64,000 nt of DNA from an uncultured delta proteobacterium (GTDB taxonomy: Bacteria; Desulfobacterota; Syntrophia; Syntrophales; UBA2192). Position numbers and translations under genes: made by a program. The stretch is from contig CAVPJD010000002.1 in NCBI GenBank assembly GCA_963705165.1, forward strand, positions 1 through 64,000, in the 5' to 3' direction. Every line of letters begins with the position of its first letter. Position 1 is the stretch's first letter. Below the pieces are notes generated by a model. That model was not told where the DNA came from, searched no databases, and worked only from the letters and a program-made list of their open reading frames with translations. Below, one piece after another: positions 40,196 through 49,462 of the stretch.

Positions 40196-41143
40196 ATGGC
40201 AGGCATCTGGATCATAGCGGAAACGCGGGAGCAGGCTTTCGAGCTGATGGGTGCCGGTCGGTCGCTGGCCCCGGACATGGGGGCAGCGCTGACGGCCGTC
40301 GTCAGGAAGGAAGCCGGCCCGCCGGAGGACTACATTGCCCGCGGGGCCGACGAGGTCTTTCTGCTGCCGGAGCTGCCGCCGGATCAGCCCTTTGGGGCAC
40401 ATCTGCAGGTGATCGAGCTGGAGGCGAAAGCAGTCTCCCCGGATGTCATCCTTTTCATCTCCTCGGCGAGGGGAAAAGAGCTTGCCGCACGGCTCGCCTC
40501 GCGGCTCGGCGCGGGGCTCTGCAGCGGCTGCACGGCACTGGCCTTCGACAAGGGTGCAGGTGCGCTCGTGATGGAGCGCCTCGCCTACGGCGGCGCCGCG
40601 ATCCAGAAGCTCACACCGACCGCAAAGCCCGTCGTCGTCACGGTCCCGCCACGGACGTTCGAACCCGCCCAGCCCATGGACGGCAGGCAGGGCAAGACCC
40701 GGGAGTTGCCCTCCCCTCCCCCGTCAGCAGTGAGAATCATCGAGAAAAAGCCAAAGGAAAAAGTGGTGAAGGACATCACCGAGGCCCGGGTGATCGTCTG
40801 CGCGGGCCGAGGTTTCGACAAGAAGGAGGACCTGGCGCTTGCCCGGGAACTGGCCGACGCGCTCGGCGGCGAGCTGGGCGCCACGAGGCCGCTCACAGAG
40901 GAAATGCACTGGCTCCCGGAGGATCTCTGCATTGGCCTCTCCGGCGTGCAGGTCAAGCCGGAGCTCTACGTCGGCCTGGGCGTGTCGGGCCAGGTCCAGC
41001 ACATGACGGGCGTGCGCAACGCCAAGGTCGTCTGCGCCGTCAACCGCGACGAGAATGCGCCCATCTTCCCCCTTTCCGACTTCGGCATCGTGGGCAACCT
41101 CTACGATGTGGTACCGAAGCTGATCGCGGAGCTGAAAAAGTAA
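40196..41143 (+). CDS. etfA: Electron transfer flavoprotein alpha subunit (FixB-like)
   Basis: AGRG, GATRP, IGLSG, GVSGQVQHMTG, NRDENAPIF. Confidence 0.93.
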   Translation: MAGIWIIAETREQAFELMGAGRSLAPDMGAALTAVVRKEAGPPEDYIARGADEVFLLPELPPDQPFGAHLQVIELEAKAVSPDVILFISSARGKELAARLASRLGAGLCSGCTALAFDKGAGALVMERLAYGGAAIQKLTPTAKPVVVTVPPRTFEPAQPMDGRQGKTRELPSPPPSAVRIIEKKPKEKVVKDITEARVIVCAGRGFDKKEDLALARELADALGGELGATRPLTEEMHWLPEDLCIGLSGVQVKPELYVGLGVSGQVQHMTGVRNAKVVCAVNRDENAPIFPLSDFGIVGNLYDVVPKLIAELKK

Positions 41144-41159
41144 GCTTCACCCTGGAGAG

Positions 41160-41193
41160 AAAAGCTCCCCTCGCGTGCGAGGGGAGCTTTTTT
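41160..41193 (+). terminator. Intrinsic terminator
   Basis: AAAAGCTCCCCTCGC-GT-GCGAGGGGAGCTTTTTT after etfA. Confidence 0.85.
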
Positions 41194-41291
41194 ATTTTGA
41201 GGGCATGAAATTGGCGTTGTGATTTGATCTGGGATTTAGTATGCATGCCCGGTCATCATCACACCTCTCCAAGGAAGGAACCGGACGTCTC

Positions 41292-42311
41292 ATGAACGAC
41301 GTGAAGGAAATTCTCCAGGTCATCTGTCGCAACGAGGAGATCGCCCAGAAGTTCTTCGATATTGAGACGAGTATTCTCACCATACACAATTTCCGGGATC
41401 TCTTCGAGAAGCTCCTCACGGAGATTCACGACAAGTTCAGCGTCCCCCACGTCTGGATGGCCATGACGGAGGACAACGACGTTTACCGCCTCCTGGACCG
41501 GATGACGCCCGCAAACACCTTCGGCGAGCGGCTGCGGGTCGTGGACGCGAAAGCCTTCGATGAGCTCGTCGGAGACGGCACTGCACCCATCCTTGCCGAC
41601 GAGGCACTGGAGCGGTTCAAGGCTCTCTTGCCGGAGGGGGCGAAATACCCGCTGGGCTCGCTCGCCGTGGTGCCCCTCACCTACGAAGGAAAAGCCATCG
41701 GCAGCCTGAACCTGGGGGACTCGTCGCCCGAGCGATACGCCCCGGGGATGGAGGCAGGCCTGCTCAAGCAGCTTGCCGTGAAGGTGTCCGTGTGCCTCTC
41801 CAACGTGATGGCCCACGAGAGGCTTGCCATGCTGGCCTTCCGGGACCCCCTGACGGATCTTCTGAACCGGCGCGTCATGGAGCAGGTGCTCCGGCGCGAG
41901 TTCGACCGCGCGAGGCGATACGGGACGGAGCTTGCCGTCGTCTTCCTCGACATCGACCGGTTCAAGCGAATCAACGACAGCCACGGACACGACATGGGCG
42001 ACGAGGTGCTCAAGTGGGTGGGCAACCGCCTTGTGGCCATGAGCCGCCAGAGCGACGTGGTCGCGAGGTTTGCCGGCGACGAGTTCGTCGTCATCCTTCC
42101 CAACACGAGTGCCGATCGAGCCTACCGCTTTGTCGATCGGCTGCAGACCTTCTTTCTCTCCACGCACCTGGCCCACGACGGGAAGGTGATCGCCGTCTCG
42201 GTGAGCTGCGGCACCTCCACGATGGCCGACGCCGGCCTGACCGACGCGATCTCCATGCTGAAGAAGGCCGACGAGCGCCTCTATCAGAGTAAAAACTCCA
42301 AGAAGGAATAA
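41292..42311 (+). CDS. GAF/DUF484-like plus GGDEF diguanylate cyclase (AGDEF variant)
   Basis: DPLTDLLNRR, DIDRFKRINDSHGH, I-site RQSD, RFAGDEF. Confidence 0.9.
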   Translation: MNDVKEILQVICRNEEIAQKFFDIETSILTIHNFRDLFEKLLTEIHDKFSVPHVWMAMTEDNDVYRLLDRMTPANTFGERLRVVDAKAFDELVGDGTAPILADEALERFKALLPEGAKYPLGSLAVVPLTYEGKAIGSLNLGDSSPERYAPGMEAGLLKQLAVKVSVCLSNVMAHERLAMLAFRDPLTDLLNRRVMEQVLRREFDRARRYGTELAVVFLDIDRFKRINDSHGHDMGDEVLKWVGNRLVAMSRQSDVVARFAGDEFVVILPNTSADRAYRFVDRLQTFFLSTHLAHDGKVIAVSVSCGTSTMADAGLTDAISMLKKADERLYQSKNSKKE

Positions 42312-42396
42312 AAAAAACCCACTGCCGGAAGACAGAGGGGGTTTTCTTTTTCTGTTGGCTGTCGGCTGCAGGCTGTCGGCCCTTACCTGCTACCTG

Positions 42397-43023
42397 TTAC
42401 CTGTTACCTGTTACCTTCTTTTTCTCCCGCGCCAGAAGCTCCTGCCAGACTTCGTCGGCGCGTTTTTCGAGCTCCTTCATCGTGCCGTCGTTGCGGATGA
42501 TGAGATCGGCAAACTTCAGTTTCTCGTCGATGGGCATCTGTGACTTGAGCCTGGAGAGTGCTTCCTCGCGGCTCAGGTTGTTTCGCTTCATGAGACGCCG
42601 GATCTGCACTTCCGGCGGGGCGTAGACAAGCAGGATCAGGTCAAAGCACTCCTGCATCCCCACTTCCAGGAGCAGGGGAATATCCGACAAAACGATCGCC
42701 TGCTCATCCTCCTTGCCTATCCGGTCACGCTGGCGCTGTGCCTCCTCCAGCACGGCCGGATGGACGATGCCTTCCAGCACTTTGCGCCGCGGTTCATTGT
42801 CAAAGACGAGGGCGCCCAGCTTCTTGCGGTCGATCCGCTCATCGGCATCGAGGATATCGCGCCCGAAGGTCTCAACGATCCGCTTCCAGACGGGCTGTCC
42901 CTGCTCCTGAAGGGCATGGACGAGGCCATCGTGATCGATCACCCGGGCGCCCCTCTTGACGAGCATCCGGACCACCGTCGATTTGCCGGTCGCGATTCCC
43001 CCTGTCAGCCCCACGTTCAGCAT
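42397..43023 (-). CDS. coaE: Dephospho-CoA kinase
   Basis: VGLTGGIATGKS, IDRKKLG, IVHP, DIPLL, SQMP. Confidence 0.95.
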   Translation of the reverse strand: MLNVGLTGGIATGKSTVVRMLVKRGARVIDHDGLVHALQEQGQPVWKRIVETFGRDILDADERIDRKKLGALVFDNEPRRKVLEGIVHPAVLEEAQRQRDRIGKEDEQAIVLSDIPLLLEVGMQECFDLILLVYAPPEVQIRRLMKRNNLSREEALSRLKSQMPIDEKLKFADLIIRNDGTMKELEKRADEVWQELLAREKKKVTGNR

Positions 43024-43206
43024 CGGCACGCTTCTACCACAAGGCCCCCGTTCCATCAACACAAAAGCCAGGGGTCGGATTCAGGATTCTCCATCCCGAG
43101 ACCCAAAGCCCGATACCCGATACCCGATACCCGATGCCCGACTGCGAAGCAGTTTGGCAGGTCTTTTGCAGTGAATCTCCGGGCATAGCTGCACCCGGAT
43201 AAAAAC

Positions 43207-43920
43207 ATGATAAACGTCAAGAATCTCCGAAAAACCTACGGCGATCTCGTTGCCGTCGACGACGTCTCTTTCGAGGCGAAGAAGGGCGACATCGTGGGGT
43301 TTATCGGCCCCAACGGCGCCGGGAAGACGACAACCCTGCGCATGCTTTCGTGCTTCATCGAGCCCGACAGCGGCTCGGCTACCGTCGGGGGTTTCGACAT
43401 CCGGACCCAGCCGGTCGAGGTGCGCCGCGCCCTGGGGTACGTGTCCGAGAAATGCCCCTTCTACGGGGAGATGACGCCCCGGTGGTTTCTGCAATTCGTC
43501 TGCGACGTCCGGGGCATCAACGGAAACCGCTACAAACCCGAGATCGAGCGGGTCGTCGCCATCAGTTCCCTGCAGAGCGTCATGAATCGCCGGATCGAGA
43601 CCCTGTCGAAAGGGTTCCAGCGGCGCCTGGGGCTGGCCCAGTCGCTTTTGGGGGACCCCCCGATCCTTATCCTCGACGAGCCCATGTCGGGCCTCGACCC
43701 CAACCAGAAACAGGAAATCATCGAACTGATCCGGTTCATGTCCGCCGACAAGTGCTTTATCATCTCCACCCACGTCATGGAGGAGCTGGAGACGATCTGC
43801 AATCGGGCCATCCTGATCAGCAAGGGAAGAATCGTGGCCGACTCCACGCCGCAGGACTTCAAGGAGAAAGGCCAGGGAAAGATCGACGCCTTCTTCCGCC
43901 AAGTGACCAACGGAGCCTGA
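43207..43920 (+). CDS. ABC transporter ATP-binding protein (GldA-like)
   Basis: GPNGAGKT, LSKGFQRR, ILDEP, STH. Confidence 0.92.
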   Translation: MINVKNLRKTYGDLVAVDDVSFEAKKGDIVGFIGPNGAGKTTTLRMLSCFIEPDSGSATVGGFDIRTQPVEVRRALGYVSEKCPFYGEMTPRWFLQFVCDVRGINGNRYKPEIERVVAISSLQSVMNRRIETLSKGFQRRLGLAQSLLGDPPILILDEPMSGLDPNQKQEIIELIRFMSADKCFIISTHVMEELETICNRAILISKGRIVADSTPQDFKEKGQGKIDAFFRQVTNGA

Positions 43921-43921
43921 T

Positions 43922-44656
43922 ATGGGAACAGTCTGGGCCATCTTCAAACGCGAATTCCGGAGCTTCTTCACGACCTCCATGGGGTACGTGATCCTTGTGG
44001 TGTTTCTCTTCCTGGCGGGATTTCTCACGATCAAGGGCCGCTTCTTCGAGATGCGGCAGGCGGACCTGAGGGTCTTTTTCGACAACCTGCCCCTGCTCTA
44101 CATCTTCTTCATCCCGGCGGCCGGGATGCGCCTCTGGGCCGAGGAGCGCAAGGCGGGCACCATCGAGTTTCTTTTCACGCAGCCCGTGACGGTCACCCAG
44201 GCCGTGCTCGGCAAGTTTGCGGCCGCGTGGATGTTCCTCGTCGTGGCCCTGGCGCTGACGGTGCCGCTCGTGATCACCGTCTCCTGGCTCGGCAGCCCCG
44301 ACCCCTTCGTCATCCTGACGGGCTACCTGGGAGCCCTGCTGATGGGGGGCGCCTACCTGGCCGTGAGCATCTTCTGCTCGGCCCTCACCCGGAGCCAGAT
44401 CGTGAGCTTCGTGCTCTCCATCGGGATGATCGGCCTGCTGGCCTACACGGACTCGCCGGCCGTCCTGACCTGGCTTGCCGGCATCGTGCCCCCCTTCATG
44501 ATCGAGGCCATGGCCAACATGAGCTTCACCGGCCACTTCGAGTCCATGCGGCGGGGCGTTATCGAGTTCCGTGACCTGACATTCTACGGCATCCTGATTG
44601 CCGGTCTGATTGCCATCACCTGTCTTGTCGTCGACAACCGAAGGGAGTCATGCTGA
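43922..44656 (+). CDS. ABC-2 type permease (GldF-like)
   Basis: KREFRSFF, MRLWAEERKAGTIE, LGKF, SALTRSQI. Six TM segments. Confidence 0.9.
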   Translation: MGTVWAIFKREFRSFFTTSMGYVILVVFLFLAGFLTIKGRFFEMRQADLRVFFDNLPLLYIFFIPAAGMRLWAEERKAGTIEFLFTQPVTVTQAVLGKFAAAWMFLVVALALTVPLVITVSWLGSPDPFVILTGYLGALLMGGAYLAVSIFCSALTRSQIVSFVLSIGMIGLLAYTDSPAVLTWLAGIVPPFMIEAMANMSFTGHFESMRRGVIEFRDLTFYGILIAGLIAITCLVVDNRRESC

Positions 44657-46545
44657 AGAAGAACCTCAAGGTCCTCACGGCCATCTTCCTGATCGCTCTG
44701 ATCGCCTTTTCGTCCATCACGCTGCTGGCCAAGGTGGGCCGGGCGCTGAAGCTCGATTTCACGGAGGACCGCATCTACTCGCTCTCCGACGAAACCGGGC
44801 AGATCATCGGCGGGCTGACCCACCCCGTGCGCCTGAAGCTCTTCTTCTCCCGCACCGAGGCGCTCAAGGGATTCGACTCCCTGAGGGCGTACAACAACTA
44901 TTTCTTCTACATCCGCGACCTCGTCAGGGAGTATGCGTCGCGCTCCCACGGGAAGATCACCCTTGAGATCATCGACCCCAAGCGGGACTCCCGGGAGGAA
45001 CGGGAAGCCCTCCAGTACGGCCTGCGGCCGATCCCCACGGCGGGGGACGACCGGTTCTTCTTCGGGCTGGTGCTCACCACCGAGTTCGGCCAGGAGAAGG
45101 CCATCACCCTTCTTGCGCCGGAGCGGCAGCAGCTGGCCGAGTACGACATCACGGAAATGATCTACGGCGCCACGTCCCGGGCGAAAAAGAAAATCGGGAT
45201 CCTCGCCTCGGTGAACCTCGCGGCAAGCACATACCCCGCCGAGATGGCCCGATCGATGGGGATCGCAACCGAGTCAGGCCAGAAGGGCCAGCCGGTTCTG
45301 GAGCAGCTCAAGTCTCATTACGCCGTGACGACGCTCTCCCCCGACGGGGCCTCCTTTCAGAAGCTCGACGCCGTCGTGGTCGTCCACCCCCGGAACCTCT
45401 CCGAGCAGACCCTTGCGGCCCTGGACCAGTATGTCGTGGGAGGCGGGAAGCTCGTCGTATTCCAGGATCCCGCTTTCATGGCCGACCCGCTTGCCGGTGC
45501 CGCCGGCAGCACCTATGCCCCCGGACAGAACGCATCGAATCTCAACCGCCTGCTTTCCGCCTGGGGCTGCGAGATGCCGGCGGAGCTGCTCGCCGCAGAC
45601 GCGGGGCTTGCCGTCAGGAGCCCCTCCGGCCAGGATGCCGCACCCGAAAGACCGGCAACCCTGATGGCGCTGAAAGGCAACGCCATCCATCACGAGGGGG
45701 GCATCAACACCGGCGTCACCCGGGTCCGGGTGTTCAACGCAGGGACGCTGAAGCTCAAAGCGGTTGCGGGAATCACGGCCGAACCCCTTCTGCGAACCTC
45801 GGAGACGGGGTACACCGTCCGCGTGGACAACCCGCAGCACAGGGCCTCCGAGGGCAAAGAGCCCCTCTGCCTGGGCGTTCGCCTCACGGGGTCCTTCCCG
45901 AGCGCCATGGCAAGTGATTCGGCACAGGACGCCCCGAAGGCAGGCCCGGAGGCCGGGGCGAAGCCCGCGGCAAGAAAGGCTGCCGCCGTCGTGGTCGTCT
46001 TCTCCGACGTGGACATGCTCACGGGACCCCTGGCCGCACCGGAGAGCGCAACGGCGCTTGCGGGCGGCAACGCGGATCTCGTCCTGTCCACCATGGAGAG
46101 CCTCACGGGGTCGGTATCGCTTGCCAGCATCAAGGCCCGCGGGCGAATCATGCGGCCCTTCAACGCCGTCGACCGGATGGAAGAGAACTACGATCGGTCA
46201 ACCGCACCGACGGTGGCCGCCCTGCAGGGCGAGATCGCCGCGGGCGAAAGAGAATTGAATTCCCTGGCCCGCAAAACGCAGGACGGCGAGGAATCCCTGC
46301 TGAAGGAGGAGATCCTTCGCAGCCGCAAGATGACCGAGACGAAGGTCTCGCGCGCGCGGGAGGAACTCGCCGCCATCCAGCACAAGAAGAGGGTCATGGT
46401 GGAGGGCCTCTTCACAAAAGGGAAGGCCTTCATCCTGCTGGCAGGACCTCTCGCTGTCCTGCTCATTCCGGCACTGATGCTCGCTACCCGTCTTTTCAGG
46501 CGGATCGAACTGCCCAAGAGGAAGCTATGGACACGAGGCATCTGA
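44650..46545 (+). CDS. GldG-like ABC auxiliary component
   Basis: LDFTEDRIYSLS, EYDIT, LDQYVVGGG, DVDML, coiled coil and C-terminal TM. Confidence 0.85.
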   Translation: MLKKNLKVLTAIFLIALIAFSSITLLAKVGRALKLDFTEDRIYSLSDETGQIIGGLTHPVRLKLFFSRTEALKGFDSLRAYNNYFFYIRDLVREYASRSHGKITLEIIDPKRDSREEREALQYGLRPIPTAGDDRFFFGLVLTTEFGQEKAITLLAPERQQLAEYDITEMIYGATSRAKKKIGILASVNLAASTYPAEMARSMGIATESGQKGQPVLEQLKSHYAVTTLSPDGASFQKLDAVVVVHPRNLSEQTLAALDQYVVGGGKLVVFQDPAFMADPLAGAAGSTYAPGQNASNLNRLLSAWGCEMPAELLAADAGLAVRSPSGQDAAPERPATLMALKGNAIHHEGGINTGVTRVRVFNAGTLKLKAVAGITAEPLLRTSETGYTVRVDNPQHRASEGKEPLCLGVRLTGSFPSAMASDSAQDAPKAGPEAGAKPAARKAAAVVVVFSDVDMLTGPLAAPESATALAGGNADLVLSTMESLTGSVSLASIKARGRIMRPFNAVDRMEENYDRSTAPTVAALQGEIAAGERELNSLARKTQDGEESLLKEEILRSRKMTETKVSRAREELAAIQHKKRVMVEGLFTKGKAFILLAGPLAVLLIPALMLATRLFRRIELPKRKLWTRGI

Positions 46546-47555
46546 TCATCCTCGCCGCCGTCGCCGTCGTCCTCACCGGGGCCGTCGTCGTCTTCGGGGT
46601 GCTGGAGAACCGCCAGGAGGTGACCCTGAAGGAGGGAAGTTACCTGCTCCAGGGGTTCAACCCGGAGAAGGTCTACGGGATTTACATCAAGAAGGGTGAC
46701 GAGTCGCTCACCTTCAAGCGCCTCGACGAGCGGTTCATCCTCACGGGGAAGTACGATTACCCCGTTTCGAACGACCAGATCAACCGGATCGTGAAGGCCA
46801 TCGCCGATATCCGCTGCGACGAGAAGGTGACCTCCGACGAGCGCAACCACGCGGCGCTGGGCGTTATGGGCGAAAAGGGAAGCCTGGTCGTCCGCTTCTT
46901 CAACGAATCGGGCCAGAAGATAACGGGAATCGTCATCGGCAGGGACCGCCCCGGGTTTCCGGGCTTCTACGCCCGCCTCGAGGACGAGAAGCAGGTCTAC
47001 CTGAGCACGGACGCGCTGCCGGCTGTGAGCACGAACTATGTCGATTACATCCGCCGCGATCTCCCGCCGGGCAGGAAGAGCGATTATGTCCGCATCGCCT
47101 GCCAAAACGGCGCGGGGGCTTTTGCCCTCGACCTGCGGGAAGGAAAGCACCTCCTCGAGGACGTGCCGAAGAAACAGCGCCAGGACGAAGGCGTCATTAC
47201 CGAAGTATTGAAAACCCTGCAGCAGTTCCCCGTCCGGAACATCCACCGCAAGGGCGATCTGCCGGCACTGAGCTGGCCGACCCGCCTGGATTTTCAACGA
47301 AAGGACGGCACCGTTTATCGAGTCGAGCTCGCCGAGAAGGATGGCCGGCATTTCGCCCGCACCGTGGCGATGATGAATGACGCCGCCGCCTCGCCGAAGG
47401 GAGAAGCGGCAGGGGGGGACAAAGGGCAGGAAGCTCTGCAACTGGCCCGCGACTCCGTGGGGGCCTTCAACCGCGACCACGAGCCCTGGGTCTACGAAAT
47501 CGACGCCGCCTGGGCCCGCGCCGCCCAGAAGAAGCAGGCGGACCTGCTTGAATAG
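46527..47555 (+). CDS. DUF4340-like membrane-anchored protein
   Basis: N-terminal TM. Typical fourth gene of GldAFG-like operons. Confidence 0.7.
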   Translation: MDTRHLIILAAVAVVLTGAVVVFGVLENRQEVTLKEGSYLLQGFNPEKVYGIYIKKGDESLTFKRLDERFILTGKYDYPVSNDQINRIVKAIADIRCDEKVTSDERNHAALGVMGEKGSLVVRFFNESGQKITGIVIGRDRPGFPGFYARLEDEKQVYLSTDALPAVSTNYVDYIRRDLPPGRKSDYVRIACQNGAGAFALDLREGKHLLEDVPKKQRQDEGVITEVLKTLQQFPVRNIHRKGDLPALSWPTRLDFQRKDGTVYRVELAEKDGRHFARTVAMMNDAAASPKGEAAGGDKGQEALQLARDSVGAFNRDHEPWVYEIDAAWARAAQKKQADLLE

Positions 47556-47677
47556 CGAGCTGCGCTCGCAGGCATCGAGGCTTCAGGCATCAGGCTACAG
47601 GCTACAAAAAAACATAGCGGATTGGAGCTAGTGCTTCCAATCCGCTTTTCTTTCTTTCACTGGTCACTGATCACAGG

Positions 47678-48409
47678 TCACTTGACTTTCCCGGTCGGGA
47701 AAGTCAATTCCCCCCCGTAATACCCGATGATGCCCGTGATCGGGGCCAGCGACAGAAGCATCGCGATGTAGATCCAGTGGCCGGCGCCGACCTCGTCCAT
47801 CACGCCCGGAATCCAGAATCGCCACGCAAATGCCGCCACGGCAATCGCGAGCAGGACCCAGGACAACCTCTTCTTGATCGTCACAGACCCCATGGGCTTT
47901 GCCATGTAGTTGAGCCACCAGGTGAACCAGCCCGTGAGCATGGCCGGCGGCATGAAGAGGATCCCCCCCGCCAGGCAGTGAAAGGCAGTCACCTCGAGAG
48001 CCTTCTCCCCCGTGATCATGTAGAGGATATCGAAGAACGTGGCCGAGACCATGAAGACGATGGGGAAGTGGACGACCATGGGGTGGGGGTGGCGCCGCAG
48101 GAAGGGAAACTTCTCGAGGAGCCCGTCGAGCCAGGCCGGCATGGGCCTTTCGCCTGCCGTCTCTTTTTTAAGTGAGCCCACCCGGCGCACCTTTTCCAGC
48201 ACCTCTTTGCCGTGGGGCGCCGCGGTGATGTCCCCGGAGAGATCCCGGCCCGCATGGTGGCGCTTCATGTGGAGGCCGCCCTTCCAGAGCTTGCTTGCGC
48301 TCACGTCGTAGACGAAGCCGTCGACGGCCACACAGGCCGGCTTCGAGTCGTTTCCGTCGCACTCGCCAAGCGCCTTCCCGTCGAATTCCTTCAGCTCCGG
48401 TTCTGCCAC
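47678..48409 (-). CDS. Cytochrome b5-like domain fused to a DUF2231-like membrane domain
   Basis: VYDVS..LWKGGLH...HHAGRDLS...APHG, then HPHPMVVHFPI and four TM helices. Confidence 0.85.
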   Translation of the reverse strand: MAEPELKEFDGKALGECDGNDSKPACVAVDGFVYDVSASKLWKGGLHMKRHHAGRDLSGDITAAPHGKEVLEKVRRVGSLKKETAGERPMPAWLDGLLEKFPFLRRHPHPMVVHFPIVFMVSATFFDILYMITGEKALEVTAFHCLAGGILFMPPAMLTGWFTWWLNYMAKPMGSVTIKKRLSWVLLAIAVAAFAWRFWIPGVMDEVGAGHWIYIAMLLSLAPITGIIGYYGGELTFPTGKVK

Positions 48410-48426
48410 GCGAGATCTCCGAACGA

Positions 48427-49455
48427 TCAGTTCTGCGCCTTGTCCGATTGATAGCCTTCCGTCACCTTGCCGCGGAAGACGAGAAACTGCCAGGCATTAT
48501 AGGCGAGCATAACGGGAAGCAGCACAGCGCTCACGACAAAGAGAAACAGCAGCGAACGAGCAGGGGCTGCCGCATCGAAGATCGTCAGCGACGGCGGAAT
48601 GGCCGTGGGGTAAAGGGCTGCGGCAAGCCCGACCACGAGGGTGAGAAAGAGAAGGACACTCCATTGGAAGGGCTTGTCCTGTTCCGCCTTCTTGAGGCTG
48701 CGCAGCAGCATGGCAAACTCGAAGAGAAAGATGGGCAGGGTGAAGTAGATGTAATGGCCCTGCCTGAGCGACAGCAGGGAATAGCGGCCTTCGTGGTGCT
48801 GCAGGGACATCCAGAGCAGGATCAGGGAAAGCCCGGCCAGGACGGCCCATGCGGCCATGACGGCTGCCTGGATCGAGCGCTCCCGGAGCGGCCCTTCCGT
48901 TTTCATGGCCAGGTAGGTCGTGCCGAGCAGGACGAAGCCCGCGGCCCCGCCTGCGGCGATGAGGGCCGAAAAGGGGTTGAGCCAGTCCCCGTATCCCCCC
49001 GCGAAAAGGCCGTTTACGACGGGCATGCCGCTCAAAAGCCCCCCCAGGATGAACCCCTGGGCGATCGTTGCGACAAGACTACCCAGCCCGAAGGCGCGGC
49101 CCCAGCGCGCGCGGTTGGGCGATTCGTCGTAGAACTCGATGGCGACACCCCGGAAGGCAAGCCCCGCCAGCATGAGCATGACGGGGATGTAGAGGGCCGA
49201 CATGGCCACCCCATAGACGACGGGAAAGGAACCGAATAGCAGCCCGCCCAGAATGACGAGCCACGTCTGGCTCGCGTGCCAGGTGAAGGCGATGCTGTGG
49301 ATCATGACGCCCCGCTCCTCCTCGCTGCGGGCCGCAAGCGAGAAGATCCCCAGCCCCAGGTTGTAGCCGTCGGTGACCATGTAGAGAAAGAGGACCACTC
49401 CCAACATCAGGAAGAAGACATCGGGCAGATAGGTCAGCAGGGTTTCCATGGGCAT
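48427..49455 (-). CDS. cydB: Cytochrome bd oxidase subunit II
   Basis: DGYNLGLG, WHASQTWL, FRGVAIEF, FRGKV. Confidence 0.93.
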   Translation of the reverse strand: MPMETLLTYLPDVFFLMLGVVLFLYMVTDGYNLGLGIFSLAARSEEERGVMIHSIAFTWHASQTWLVILGGLLFGSFPVVYGVAMSALYIPVMLMLAGLAFRGVAIEFYDESPNRARWGRAFGLGSLVATIAQGFILGGLLSGMPVVNGLFAGGYGDWLNPFSALIAAGGAAGFVLLGTTYLAMKTEGPLRERSIQAAVMAAWAVLAGLSLILLWMSLQHHEGRYSLLSLRQGHYIYFTLPIFLFEFAMLLRSLKKAEQDKPFQWSVLLFLTLVVGLAAALYPTAIPPSLTIFDAAAPARSLLFLFVVSAVLLPVMLAYNAWQFLVFRGKVTEGYQSDKAQN

Positions 49456-49462
49456 CCTCCTC

